Shown: positions 39,706-48,692 of the stretch, piece by piece | How the letters are laid out: each line of letters begins with the position of its first letter | Position numbering within the stretch: the stretch's first letter is position 1 | Virus record (IMG/VR): IMGVR_UViG_3300017917_003607 | Coordinates: 1-64,000 of that record | Source of the DNA: a virus | Reading direction: 5' to 3' (one strand) | DNA: 64,000 nt | Program-made: the position numbers and the translations under genes | Notes under the pieces: generated by a model | Told to the model about the DNA's origin: nothing | Database searches by the model: none | What the model saw: the letters and a program-made list of their open reading frames with translations, nothing else

Positions 39706-42700
39706 TAGAATGTTACTTTACCGTTGAATGTGTTAGTGCTTGGGTCCGAATTTTGACTAGTGTACAAATCTTTGAGTCTTTGTATTTCTTGGTCAGTTGG
39801 TCCTGACTTAAGAGTAATGTTAACTTCTCTTTTGTCTTTTTCCATAGTGGCAATATTTTCTGGTTTAAAATTCTTAACCGCGTTTTGGCTCTTTGAGTCG
39901 GAGAACACTTTTTTCATTACTTTGTATTCGTTTAGCGTTTCTTTTTTTATTTTTTCTATTTCCCCTTTAACAAATTTTTCCCACGAAGATTTATTTTTTT
40001 GGTCAATTTTAACTATTAATGATTCTACAAAAGCGTCTGAATCATTTGCAATGTCTTTTCCAAAAACCAAATAAAACCTTTTGTCCGCAGGACTTGATTG
40101 AAACCCTGAACCTGGTAGTTGGTAACTTTGGTCGTCATTATAGTTATCGGAAATAATTGCGGTATTTTTTGTCTCACCATAAACAGGATTATTTAAAGAA
40201 GCGTAGAACGCATTTATTTTGTCTCCAAAACTCAACAAATCAACCCTCAAACCATCAACAGTACTTCCTGATGTATCATATATTTGTGCAACACCTTTGG
40301 TATCAACATAACCATCAGTATTCTGTAAGACATAATTTAGTTTGTCTATTTTTTTGGTCATGTTAAGTTGTAATGTACTTAAATCATTAGTAATTTGATT
40401 TAGTTTATTAGGGAAGTTAACCTTTTTTTCTCTTGTTAAGGTGGTCAAATTATTTTTAAATATGGTAAAATCTTGTTCTCTGAAAGTGTTAGTTGATAAA
40501 TTAAGTTGAGCGGCAGTTAAAATAGTCAGACTGTTTTCATCAATATTTTTTTGTAAACCGTCAAACAGTTGTGTTATTCTACCCTCATAAATTGATTTAC
40601 CAAATATTTGTACATCCTTTGCCGAACCACCAACTTCCCATTTGTTGATTTTCCCATCTATGTATTCTCTAGCTCCATTACTTGATTTTGTATATAACAT
40701 CAATATTCCATCGTTATACTCATCATGTACCTCTTTGAGTTTATTTTGTACACCCTCAACATACGATTCAAACGAACTTACAAATTCATTAAAGATAGGT
40801 TTGTAACTTAATAATGCTGTTGTTCCTGAATTTTCAAAAGCACCCTGTACTGACCCTATAGTTGTACCCGCATCATTTTGTAATGTTGAATTTGTGTTTA
40901 CGGTGTTTTCACCAGTATTTTCTGTCTGTTCAATAAATTCTTTATTGTATGCTGATAAAGTTGATGAATCAGTAGCTCTTTCATCGTACATTTCAGTATT
41001 GGCATAAAAATTAAATGAAAGTGCATTTTGTAATTCGTCAATTGGTCCACGTAGTCCTTGACCTCCAATAAACTTGAAGTTTATTGTAACACCGACAATC
41101 ATCGGTTGGACACCAATACCTTCAGGGTTTAAATCAAATTTACTGTCGTCGTAACTAAAACTAACCCCATCCAAAACTACTTTAGAGTGGAAGAAATCAC
41201 CTACTCTCAATATACAAACAGGGGGTGCTCCAAATGACGTGTTTCTTGCATCTTTGTCCACTAATGTGTTATCGGACTTTTTCGTAGGTATTGTATCACC
41301 AGGTCTTACACATTGATTTAAAAATGTTAATCTTTCATTCAACCCTTCAGGGGTCATAGAGTGAAAAGCTGGGTGAAAATATTTTAATTTTTCCCTCAAA
41401 GAATCGTATACAAATGGGTTTGTTTCTTTTACAAATTGGAAATAATCCGCTTCGGATAATAATTTTCTTATTACTTTTTTACTTATTTGTTCTTGAGTTA
41501 ATCCTTGTTGAGTAGTACTTGTTGGTGATACTAATCCTCTACCCGCGGCTAATATCCTATCAAATCTTGTTGGTTGACTTGTTGTTACACCTCCATTTGG
41601 ATTGTTAAGGTTGGGAATTGGGGTTTCAATAATGTCAGTAATTACGGCTCTTCTACACGCGACAGGACCAGTTCCATATGGTGAATTGTTTACTGTGTTA
41701 CAATCATATGCTGGCGATGTTAATGTTTCTAATGTTGAACCAACTAATTCATCAACAAAAGTAACCTTTGGGTTATTTTTTATTAAGTCTTTTATTGTTG
41801 ATTTTAAACATAGACTTCTGTTTTCTTGTACCTCTTGTCCTTCGTTATAACTTGAACCCCCTTTAATTTTTATTTGAATCTTCACATTGTTATTGGATTC
41901 TAATAAATTGGTAATACTTTGTGTAAAAGCGGTCAACACGTTTGTTGATTCGGCGATTTCGTTTTTTTGTGTGTCATTTATTAAATTATTATAACTATTT
42001 GAATTAATATAACTTTTGGTTAAGGACACATAGTCTGATTGTGCGGTTGGTAGGTTTTCATCAAAATAAAAAACAGAGTTTTTAAATTTAGTTAATTGGG
42101 GAGTATAAACTTGTTCTCCAACCGAGTTGTTGGAAGTCATTGAGCCACCAGCTCCGTCACCACCAGGTGTAAGTGTTGAGTTAACCGCGTCTTTTATTTT
42201 TTCTCTATTTCCCGAATTGTTAATTAAGTTTTGTAACTCAGCTAGTTCTGTTTGAGAAAAATTTGTATATCTTTTTGATAGTTCGTAAATGTCAAATTTA
42301 GTTAGTCCCGCAAAAAATGAATCCAATACTTGGTCTGCAACCTGATTTGATGCTGGGTTTGTTAAAACTTTATTTACCAAAACGTTCATAATTGATGGGT
42401 GGTCAACAACAATTTTAAAACTTATTTGTCCTGTTCTTTCAGTACTCTGATAAGTGTATATAGGTTCAGGTCTACCTAAGAAAGTATTTTTTTCCCACCC
42501 TGTTGAACTACTATCTGAAAAATTTAAATCATATGGTGGGAACCACATTATTCTACCACCGTTAGGTCCTTTTTCTGATTCAGGTAAATCGTTATATGTT
42601 ACACCAGCTCTTCTTGAGCTTCTCCATGCTAAATTCTCCAAAGACAACATGTATTTTTTCACTGAAGCCCCACCCAAGGTAGTTGACTCAGGACCCGATG

Positions 42701-44411
42701 TTGGGTATATGTTTAAATTATATGTACTGTTAAGAACTGAAAATGGATTTTTTCTTATGTTCCCATCCACTTTTTGTAATTTATTCATGTCCAAATATGG
42801 AATATCTTTTGCAAAAACTCTACCATATTCTTCTCCTTTAAAAGTACCGTTGTTATCTATGTATCTAACAACACGAGAACCTTTAGTTATTTCTTTATAT
42901 CCGTCATTGAACACTTTGGATACTTGGTCAATTGCATTTCCAACATGTTGTAATCTTTTTCCTCCATTTGGGGGTTGGGATTGAATTATTCTTTGTGTGT
43001 CGTCTAAAATTGAACCTCTTTTAAGTGGGTAATTTACTGATTGACTACGGCTATACTGTGCGTTTATTTGTGGGAACGCATCGTCTTGACCAAATGTTTC
43101 ACCACCAGGTCCAGTCTTTTTACCTGCATTTCCTTTATATTTTGGTGATACCCATGTAAATCCACCCTGTACTCCACCACCTTCTATTGTTGGTATAGAG
43201 TTCAAACCAAATTCAAAATTTACGTCGTTTTCGTAAAGTTTACCTAAAACACTTGGACCATAAACATTTGTTTCTACTTCTACACCAAATTCATTTACAG
43301 GTATCTGACCTGAAGGTGAAACAATATCTAAAGGTTCTGAGGTACGGCTACCAATGTAATAGTTACCAGGGGGTGCTGTTAAATTAAGATTTCCTAAAAA
43401 ATTTCCTTTATAATCAGGTGCATATCTGTTTGCTCTTAAATTAGAAAATAGAGCTTTTCTCTGTCCTCCACTTGTAAAAGACAAGAAAACATCTGATGAG
43501 CTTTTTCTTTCAGGTAGTACTTTCGGAAACCCAAATAATCCCGCAACGGTGTTAATTACTTGATTTGTAACACTTTTATTTTGTACAGTTGAGAAGTAAT
43601 CTCCAGGTATAATTGAATATGGTGAGTATAATCCCGCAATTCTTGATATAAAATCTATACCTCTACCTATTAATGTTGACGGAACGGTAATCTTGTAGTC
43701 GGGTTCAATAAGTGAATCTCTACCTGTTGCAAGGTTTAGTATTCTATATGGGTCGCCATTTGTTTGTAAAACATTTGCCCTACCCAATGTTTGTTGGTAG
43801 GTCTCAAAAGCAATTGACTCTTGAAATAGTTTCTTAAGGCTTTTAGCACTTAGTTGTGCCAATGTAGAATCTTGAGATAATCTACCGTCACTACCTACAG
43901 GGTTAGGTGAAATTAAAACGTTAAATGGTGAATAAGATGATGGAATAAAATTAAAATATTCGTCCCTTATACTTGGCTGTCTTATGTTAACCTCTAAATT
44001 TGAAGAGCCATCTTCCCAACCATCTTGTGGACCATATTGGTTTGTTACTATTAATTCTTTTTGTTTTAAAGCACTTTCTACAAATTTTTTTGTTTGACCA
44101 TTAAACCACTGAAATTCTCCTTGGTTGGCGCTTTTTACCAAAAGTGGTAGAGTTATAAAATTTCTATATCCTCCTGTTGGTCCATACTGATTTACACCAT
44201 AAAGTCTTGTTTTTTCAGGTTTACCTGTATCAGCCAAATCTGGTTGATTTATTAATGGTACTTCACTAAAAATAAATTCCTTTGTACCTACTTGTGACTT
44301 AGGTATCAATTGAGTACTAGAATTTCTTACAAAGTAGGGCTCTAAATTCCTTACTAATAAATCTTTTCTAAGTTTTTCGGTTGCAGAAAAAGAAAGGTTA
44401 CTTATTGCCAT
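39705..44411 (-). CDS. Tail tube initiator-like protein (gp48/gp54-like) with a degenerate OmpA-like insert
   Basis: FLGRPEPIYTYQSTERTGQISF and PPVCILRVGDFFHSKV repeats; follows the tape measure gene. Confidence 0.6.
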   Translation of the reverse strand: MAISNLSFSATEKLRKDLLVRNLEPYFVRNSSTQLIPKSQVGTKEFIFSEVPLINQPDLADTGKPEKTRLYGVNQYGPTGGYRNFITLPLLVKSANQGEFQWFNGQTKKFVESALKQKELIVTNQYGPQDGWEDGSSNLEVNIRQPSIRDEYFNFIPSSYSPFNVLISPNPVGSDGRLSQDSTLAQLSAKSLKKLFQESIAFETYQQTLGRANVLQTNGDPYRILNLATGRDSLIEPDYKITVPSTLIGRGIDFISRIAGLYSPYSIIPGDYFSTVQNKSVTNQVINTVAGLFGFPKVLPERKSSSDVFLSFTSGGQRKALFSNLRANRYAPDYKGNFLGNLNLTAPPGNYYIGSRTSEPLDIVSPSGQIPVNEFGVEVETNVYGPSVLGKLYENDVNFEFGLNSIPTIEGGGVQGGFTWVSPKYKGNAGKKTGPGGETFGQDDAFPQINAQYSRSQSVNYPLKRGSILDDTQRIIQSQPPNGGKRLQHVGNAIDQVSKVFNDGYKEITKGSRVVRYIDNNGTFKGEEYGRVFAKDIPYLDMNKLQKVDGNIRKNPFSVLNSTYNLNIYPTSGPESTTLGGASVKKYMLSLENLAWRSSRRAGVTYNDLPESEKGPNGGRIMWFPPYDLNFSDSSSTGWEKNTFLGRPEPIYTYQSTERTGQISFKIVVDHPSIMNVLVNKVLTNPASNQVADQVLDSFFAGLTKFDIYELSKRYTNFSQTELAELQNLINNSGNREKIKDAVNSTLTPGGDGAGGSMTSNNSVGEQVYTPQLTKFKNSVFYFDENLPTAQSDYVSLTKSYINSNSYNNLINDTQKNEIAESTNVLTAFTQSITNLLESNNNVKIQIKIKGGSSYNEGQEVQENRSLCLKSTIKDLIKNNPKVTFVDELVGSTLETLTSPAYDCNTVNNSPYGTGPVACRRAVITDIIETPIPNLNNPNGGVTTSQPTRFDRILAAGRGLVSPTSTTQQGLTQEQISKKVIRKLLSEADYFQFVKETNPFVYDSLREKLKYFHPAFHSMTPEGLNERLTFLNQCVRPGDTIPTKKSDNTLVDKDARNTSFGAPPVCILRVGDFFHSKVVLDGVSFSYDDSKFDLNPEGIGVQPMIVGVTINFKFIGGQGLRGPIDELQNALSFNFYANTEMYDERATDSSTLSAYNKEFIEQTENTGENTVNTNSTLQNDAGTTIGSVQGAFENSGTTALLSYKPIFNEFVSSFESYVEGVQNKLKEVHDEYNDGILMLYTKSSNGAREYIDGKINKWEVGGSAKDVQIFGKSIYEGRITQLFDGLQKNIDENSLTILTAAQLNLSTNTFREQDFTIFKNNLTTLTREKKVNFPNKLNQITNDLSTLQLNMTKKIDKLNYVLQNTDGYVDTKGVAQIYDTSGSTVDGLRVDLLSFGDKINAFYASLNNPVYGETKNTAIISDNYNDDQSYQLPGSGFQSSPADKRFYLVFGKDIANDSDAFVESLIVKIDQKNKSSWEKFVKGEIEKIKKETLNEYKVMKKVFSDSKSQNAVKNFKPENIATMEKDKREVNITLKSGPTDQEIQRLKDLYTSQNSDPSTNTFNGKVTF

Positions 44412-44449
44412 ATTCTACTTTATGTATAAATAGAATGAATGTGTTTTTT

Positions 44450-46042
44450 TTATCTTGTTGCGGTACCAGAAGAATAACCTCTTGCATTTAGTTGGTTAGA
44501 TACTTCAGTAACTATTGTTGTTTTAATTACATCAGCCAATTTTAAATCAATTCCTGTAACGTTTACATCTAATGAGCCTTTAACTATGTTGCTAGCGTCA
44601 CCTGTTTTACCTGCTAAAATTCTATCTACCGCAACACTAAACCCTTCTGTTATTGCGGTTGTATAGGTATCCATTTTACCTTCTGCGGAACCAAGTAATC
44701 CAGTAGTTCTGTTAGAAACAGCACCTACTAATTTTGTAAACTGTTCTGTAACTGAACCCGCAATTGTTTTTAAACTATCAAATGATTTTGATAAATCATC
44801 TTGTTTTAAAATTGATATTGTATATGCATTATTAAGTTTATTAGTTGCAAGTTGTAGTTGTTCGTTTGCAGACAAATTGTTTTGTATTGCATCGACATTC
44901 TTAGTTACTGAATTTTGAAGTCTTTCATCTTCTTTTGGTCTTAGTGTTTCTAACAATTTAGTAAAATTTGTTTCCTGTGTGACTTTTTGACCCTTTATTT
45001 CAACAACACCACCCTTAGTTATCTGAGCGTAATTGGCAATAAGTTCTTTATCCTCATCTTTTAGATTTTTAAATCCTGTTGGACTAAAATTTAATTCTTG
45101 TATTATTTTTTCTTGTTTTGCCAGTTTAAGAGCAGTTTCCTCAATTTTATCAACGTCTAAATTAAGATTCTTAAGTTGTTTTAATCTCAACCTTTCATTC
45201 GCACTTATTTGAAATTGTCCCGTTTCTTTATTAAATGTTGCAATACCTCTTGTTGCGTTTATAATTTGGTCTTGTAGACCTTTTAAGTCATTCTGAGCCA
45301 TATACAAGAGTTGAGCGCCATCACCTAATTGAGAAAATGAACCTCCTAAGGTTTGGAGTTGCGCAGCGTATTCGTAGGCTTTTTCGGGACTATCCATAAT
45401 TGAGTCGGCAAACCCTTGTGCAACACTTAAAGTGTCTCCTAAAATTTTTGATTTTGCAACCATAGACGCCAAATCATCAACACCTTTTGGGAATCCATAT
45501 TTGTTTAATTTGTCCATTTGAGACGCCACATCCTGAACAAATTTACCAGCGTTTAAACCATAGTCCTGAGCTGTTCTAACTAATTCTATAGTTTGTCCCA
45601 TTGCTTGGTCCATTCCTCCACCAACTTTATCAAAAAATTTAACAAATGTACTTATTGTTTCCTCTCCAACACCAAATTGTTTTACCGCTTGTACATTACT
45701 TAGAAAGTCAGATGAAAAATATGTTGTTCTTTCTAACGCCGAATTCATTTTTTCTAAAACAACAATTGCGTCTCCTAAATTACCACCCAAATAAACAGTA
45801 TTAATTGCTGCCTGTGCAATTTCTTTTTGAATACTTTTGGTATAATTTACACTTAAACCTAAAGTTCTATTTGTAACAATAAGTTTTTCTTCGAAAGCCG
45901 CTGCATTTTCAATACCCTTTTTCATTACTTTAGGTATTACACCATCAAGTTCACCTAAATCTTTAATTGCGGTTTTTATATTATCTAATTTTGATGTTGA
46001 AGTTGTTTCTGCTTGTTGTATACCTGTATCATTACTTGCCAT
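44450..46042 (-). CDS. Tape measure protein
   Basis: Helical A/G/L/Q-rich sequence; position after the tube and chaperone genes. Confidence 0.7.
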   Translation of the reverse strand: MASNDTGIQQAETTSTSKLDNIKTAIKDLGELDGVIPKVMKKGIENAAAFEEKLIVTNRTLGLSVNYTKSIQKEIAQAAINTVYLGGNLGDAIVVLEKMNSALERTTYFSSDFLSNVQAVKQFGVGEETISTFVKFFDKVGGGMDQAMGQTIELVRTAQDYGLNAGKFVQDVASQMDKLNKYGFPKGVDDLASMVAKSKILGDTLSVAQGFADSIMDSPEKAYEYAAQLQTLGGSFSQLGDGAQLLYMAQNDLKGLQDQIINATRGIATFNKETGQFQISANERLRLKQLKNLNLDVDKIEETALKLAKQEKIIQELNFSPTGFKNLKDEDKELIANYAQITKGGVVEIKGQKVTQETNFTKLLETLRPKEDERLQNSVTKNVDAIQNNLSANEQLQLATNKLNNAYTISILKQDDLSKSFDSLKTIAGSVTEQFTKLVGAVSNRTTGLLGSAEGKMDTYTTAITEGFSVAVDRILAGKTGDASNIVKGSLDVNVTGIDLKLADVIKTTIVTEVSNQLNARGYSSGTATR

Positions 46043-46070
46043 AATTTATAAATATAAATCAAAGTTTTTT

Positions 46071-46238
46071 TTACTCTTCTTTGTTCCTATCATACTCCTC
46101 AATCATTTTACCCAAAAAATATTTTCTTTGATACGTAGGCATTGAATATAAATCCGAATATGTGAAGTTCGAATTTTTAACTAAAATATAAATTTCATCT
46201 AAAATTATTTTTCTATAGTCCAAAGAAAGGGCGAAAAA
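46071..46238 (-). CDS. gp51-like tail/baseplate assembly chaperone segment, probably reached by frameshift
   Basis: Unannotated +1-frame ORF FFALSLDYRKIILDEIYILVKNSNFTYSDLYSMPTYQRKYFLGKMIEEYDRNKEE with the MP..R motif; no ATG at its 5' end. Confidence 0.75.
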   Translation of the reverse strand, partial: FFALSLDYRKIILDEIYILVKNSNFTYSDLYSMPTYQRKYFLGKMIEEYDRNKEE

Positions 46239-46974
46239 ACTCAACCCCAAAGCCGATATTTACATCAACTTCTTCTCCTGACGGGGCTTTAACTTTTTTC
46301 TTTAGGTCTAAACTTGGTTCGGAGTCCAACAAAAATTTTCTAATGTGTTTTGAATCTTTTATTGGCATTTTTTGTACATACTGTGAAATAAACATTTTTT
46401 CAGAGTTACCATTAATTGATACAATTTGAGTTTCTAATTTTTTAGTCACTTTTGGTACCACCATATTTTTCGGATATTTATCCATTTCAGCGTCTATCGC
46501 ATTTTCTTCACCGTATGTTAAAAAACGCAATTTTACATTATCTCCACTAACGGGAAGTAATGTATCGATATGACCATTACTGTCAGGTACTATATTATTA
46601 TTTCTAATATTTAATTCACTCAAATCTAAAGTCAATTCAAACGGTTTCATAGTTCCTGGGTCAACAACACGAATTGTATAATCACTACCAAATGCGGTAT
46701 TCCTTAAAAACAATAAAACCGCCTCTACATCACCCGCTAACATTTCATCAATTTTAAATTCAGGTTCGTATATTTTAGACCTCAACAAAGTACTAATAAT
46801 CTGTGTAGGGTCCATATTGGGTGAGGTTAGAAGATTTTCATCTTGTGCGGTTAAGTAACCAACCTTAACACTTTTCTTTTTATTTTTGTAAAAAATTCCT
46901 TGTGAAGGTAATGGTACCACATCGTGTGGTAAATTAAAATCCATTTGTCCGTATTTGATTTCGTTGTTTTCCAT
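46213..46974 (-). CDS. Tail assembly chaperone / baseplate hub assembly protein (T4 gp26-like)
   Basis: VPLPSQG, LTAQDENLL, GDVEAVLLFLRNTAFG; ends EFFRP. Confidence 0.8.
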   Translation of the reverse strand: MENNEIKYGQMDFNLPHDVVPLPSQGIFYKNKKKSVKVGYLTAQDENLLTSPNMDPTQIISTLLRSKIYEPEFKIDEMLAGDVEAVLLFLRNTAFGSDYTIRVVDPGTMKPFELTLDLSELNIRNNNIVPDSNGHIDTLLPVSGDNVKLRFLTYGEENAIDAEMDKYPKNMVVPKVTKKLETQIVSINGNSEKMFISQYVQKMPIKDSKHIRKFLLDSEPSLDLKKKVKAPSGEEVDVNIGFGVEFFRPFFGL

Positions 46975-46977
46975 AAT

Positions 46978-47004
46978 AAAAAAAGCCAGAGTGACTCTGG
47001 CTTT
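46978..47004 (-). terminator. Terminator-like hairpin between the tube and chaperone genes
   Basis: GCCAGAG-TCA-CTCTGGC followed by T7, then ATT-ATG. Confidence 0.7.
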
Positions 47005-47036
47005 AAATATAAACTGACTTTATTTTTTTGTAAATA

Positions 47037-47525
47037 TTAGTATACAAGTATACATCTATCAGGTCTCATGGTGCAAGAGATTGTCTGTAATCCATCATCT
47101 GAATATGTTACCGCTTGGAAGTCCACGTCTGTTAAGAAACATCCTTGCATAATCCACTTTTCCACCGCAACACCTGTTGGGTCCAACATTTCTAATGTTA
47201 CGTCTTTTTTGTAACCAGCAGCATAACCCATACGTCCTGTAACTGATTCAGCGTGTAAACGAACCCATTCCATTAGAGCTTGAGCCGCTGATGGTCCGAT
47301 TGGGTCACGGAATGTAACGGAGATAGGTCCCCATTCGAAACTACCTGCAACATAAGTTTTTGTGTTTAGGAACGGAATGTCCTTAGATTGTATTGTAATT
47401 TTTGGTCTTGCAGTAGATTCTACATACCAAGAATTGATACCCAATGAAGAAGGAAACGTCAAAATAAATCGGTTTTTTTTCTTTGGTTCATACGGGTCGG
47501 GCATTTTCATTAATAAGTCAGCCAT
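47037..47525 (-). CDS. Tail tube protein (T4 gp19-like)
   Basis: YEPKKKNRF, W..I.VTFRDPI and YKKDVTLEMLDPTGVAVEKW motifs. Confidence 0.88.
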   Translation of the reverse strand: MADLLMKMPDPYEPKKKNRFILTFPSSLGINSWYVESTARPKITIQSKDIPFLNTKTYVAGSFEWGPISVTFRDPIGPSAAQALMEWVRLHAESVTGRMGYAAGYKKDVTLEMLDPTGVAVEKWIMQGCFLTDVDFQAVTYSDDGLQTISCTMRPDRCILVY

Positions 47526-47639
47526 GTGTATATCTTTTTTTTAGTTTTTCTTGTTTATTTTTATTATAAATATTGACTACTTGGTTTTTTTTGTCATATA
47601 TTTCCTAGGCGTTCTAGTTTGTTATTTAAATCTAGTTTA

Positions 47640-48494
47640 TTAATATTTTATTTTAGTATTTGCTTTTGTTAAATAAGTTTGCACTGGGCTTTGTTTTCCA
47701 AATTCCTTATTTAAAAATTCTTTAACCTTTTCTATATTTTTTAAGTCGTCATCGGAAAACCCTATTTTTGGAATCACAAAATTATTGGTCACGTCATTTT
47801 TAAACAACACTTTACCCCCAATTTGTTGTGATAGTTGTTTTACATATCCGATAAATTCACGAAGTGCGTTTATTTTACCCTCTTCAGGATTTGCTTCAGC
47901 ACCTGTACCAAATGACACAGGATAAAACCTACACATATCCAAATAGTCCGAAATCATTGTGTCATCACCTTTCATCTCTTCACCAGCGATTTCTCTATAA
48001 TCTTTTAATGATTGAACTAATTTTTCTTGGTCAATACCTCCTATATCATTTTTGATTAAAATATAGACTGCTTGTTTAAGTGTGTTTGGGTTGTGTCCAC
48101 GAGCGGTGATGATTGAAAAAATCGACCCACCATTAATACACTCAACAAAATCGTCCCACGATGGACCGAAACTAGCTAATAATACGTCTTTTAAAAATTG
48201 TTGGTCACCACCCTCTCTGAAAAATCTAAAAGGACCTTCAGCATACCCGACAATATTTTTTCCATCATAGACAAATGGTTCTTTACCTAAAATGTGTCTA
48301 TACTCAGCAAAATCTTCAGTAGACAGACCAACCTCTGTACCGTTTTCATCTACTACCATTATTTTTGTTGGCATGTTCATTATGTTATCATCCCAATCAA
48401 ATGCATAGTATTTGTGGTCTGGTATTTTATTAGGGTCCAAACCTTCGTTTACTAAACTTAATAAATTTTGACGTACAATCTTGTGTAGAGACAT
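47640..48494 (-). CDS. HAD-superfamily phosphatase
   Basis: FDWDD (motif I), ITARGH (II), K (III), FSDDD (IV). Confidence 0.8.
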   Translation of the reverse strand: MSLHKIVRQNLLSLVNEGLDPNKIPDHKYYAFDWDDNIMNMPTKIMVVDENGTEVGLSTEDFAEYRHILGKEPFVYDGKNIVGYAEGPFRFFREGGDQQFLKDVLLASFGPSWDDFVECINGGSIFSIITARGHNPNTLKQAVYILIKNDIGGIDQEKLVQSLKDYREIAGEEMKGDDTMISDYLDMCRFYPVSFGTGAEANPEEGKINALREFIGYVKQLSQQIGGKVLFKNDVTNNFVIPKIGFSDDDLKNIEKVKEFLNKEFGKQSPVQTYLTKANTKIKY

Positions 48495-48637
48495 TATTTC
48501 TTTTTGGACAATTTAGCAATTATTCTTTCTAATTGTGATTCAGTTACAATAACCGACTGCGGTTTTTCAGAAAACGTTTTTAAACCACTTAATTTAACGT
48601 TCAAATTTTCGAGTAAAACTTTTTTTTCGAATTTCAT
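48494..48637 (-). CDS. Small protein (47 aa) with IVTESQLERII motif
   Basis: Not in the track. MKFEKKVLLENLNVKLSGLKTFSEKPQSVIVTESQLERIIAKLSKKK, coupled by TAATG to the HAD gene. Confidence 0.65.
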   Translation of the reverse strand: MKFEKKVLLENLNVKLSGLKTFSEKPQSVIVTESQLERIIAKLSKKK

Positions 48638-48655
48638 GATATTTTTTTTTAATTT

Positions 48656-48678
48656 GGGGGTAGGAATGACCTACCCCC
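48656..48678. other. Perfect 9-bp GC-rich hairpin after the sheath gene (stabiliser or terminator)
   Basis: GGGGGTAGG-AATGA-CCTACCCCC; no U-tail on the coding strand. Confidence 0.55.
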
Positions 48679-48692
48679 GTTTATAATATGTA

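Noticed and set aside
42454-42984. 176-aa antisense ORF
   Set aside because: Fully nested opposite a conserved structural gene with no supporting signals.
46200-46245. Classical -1 frameshift at G_TTT_TTT
   Set aside because: The -1 frame hits TAA after about ten codons; the gp51-like sequence is in the +1/-2 frame.
48504-48686. Plus-strand 60-aa ORF in the track
   Set aside because: The minus-strand 47-aa ORF with ATG and TAATG coupling fits the operon better.
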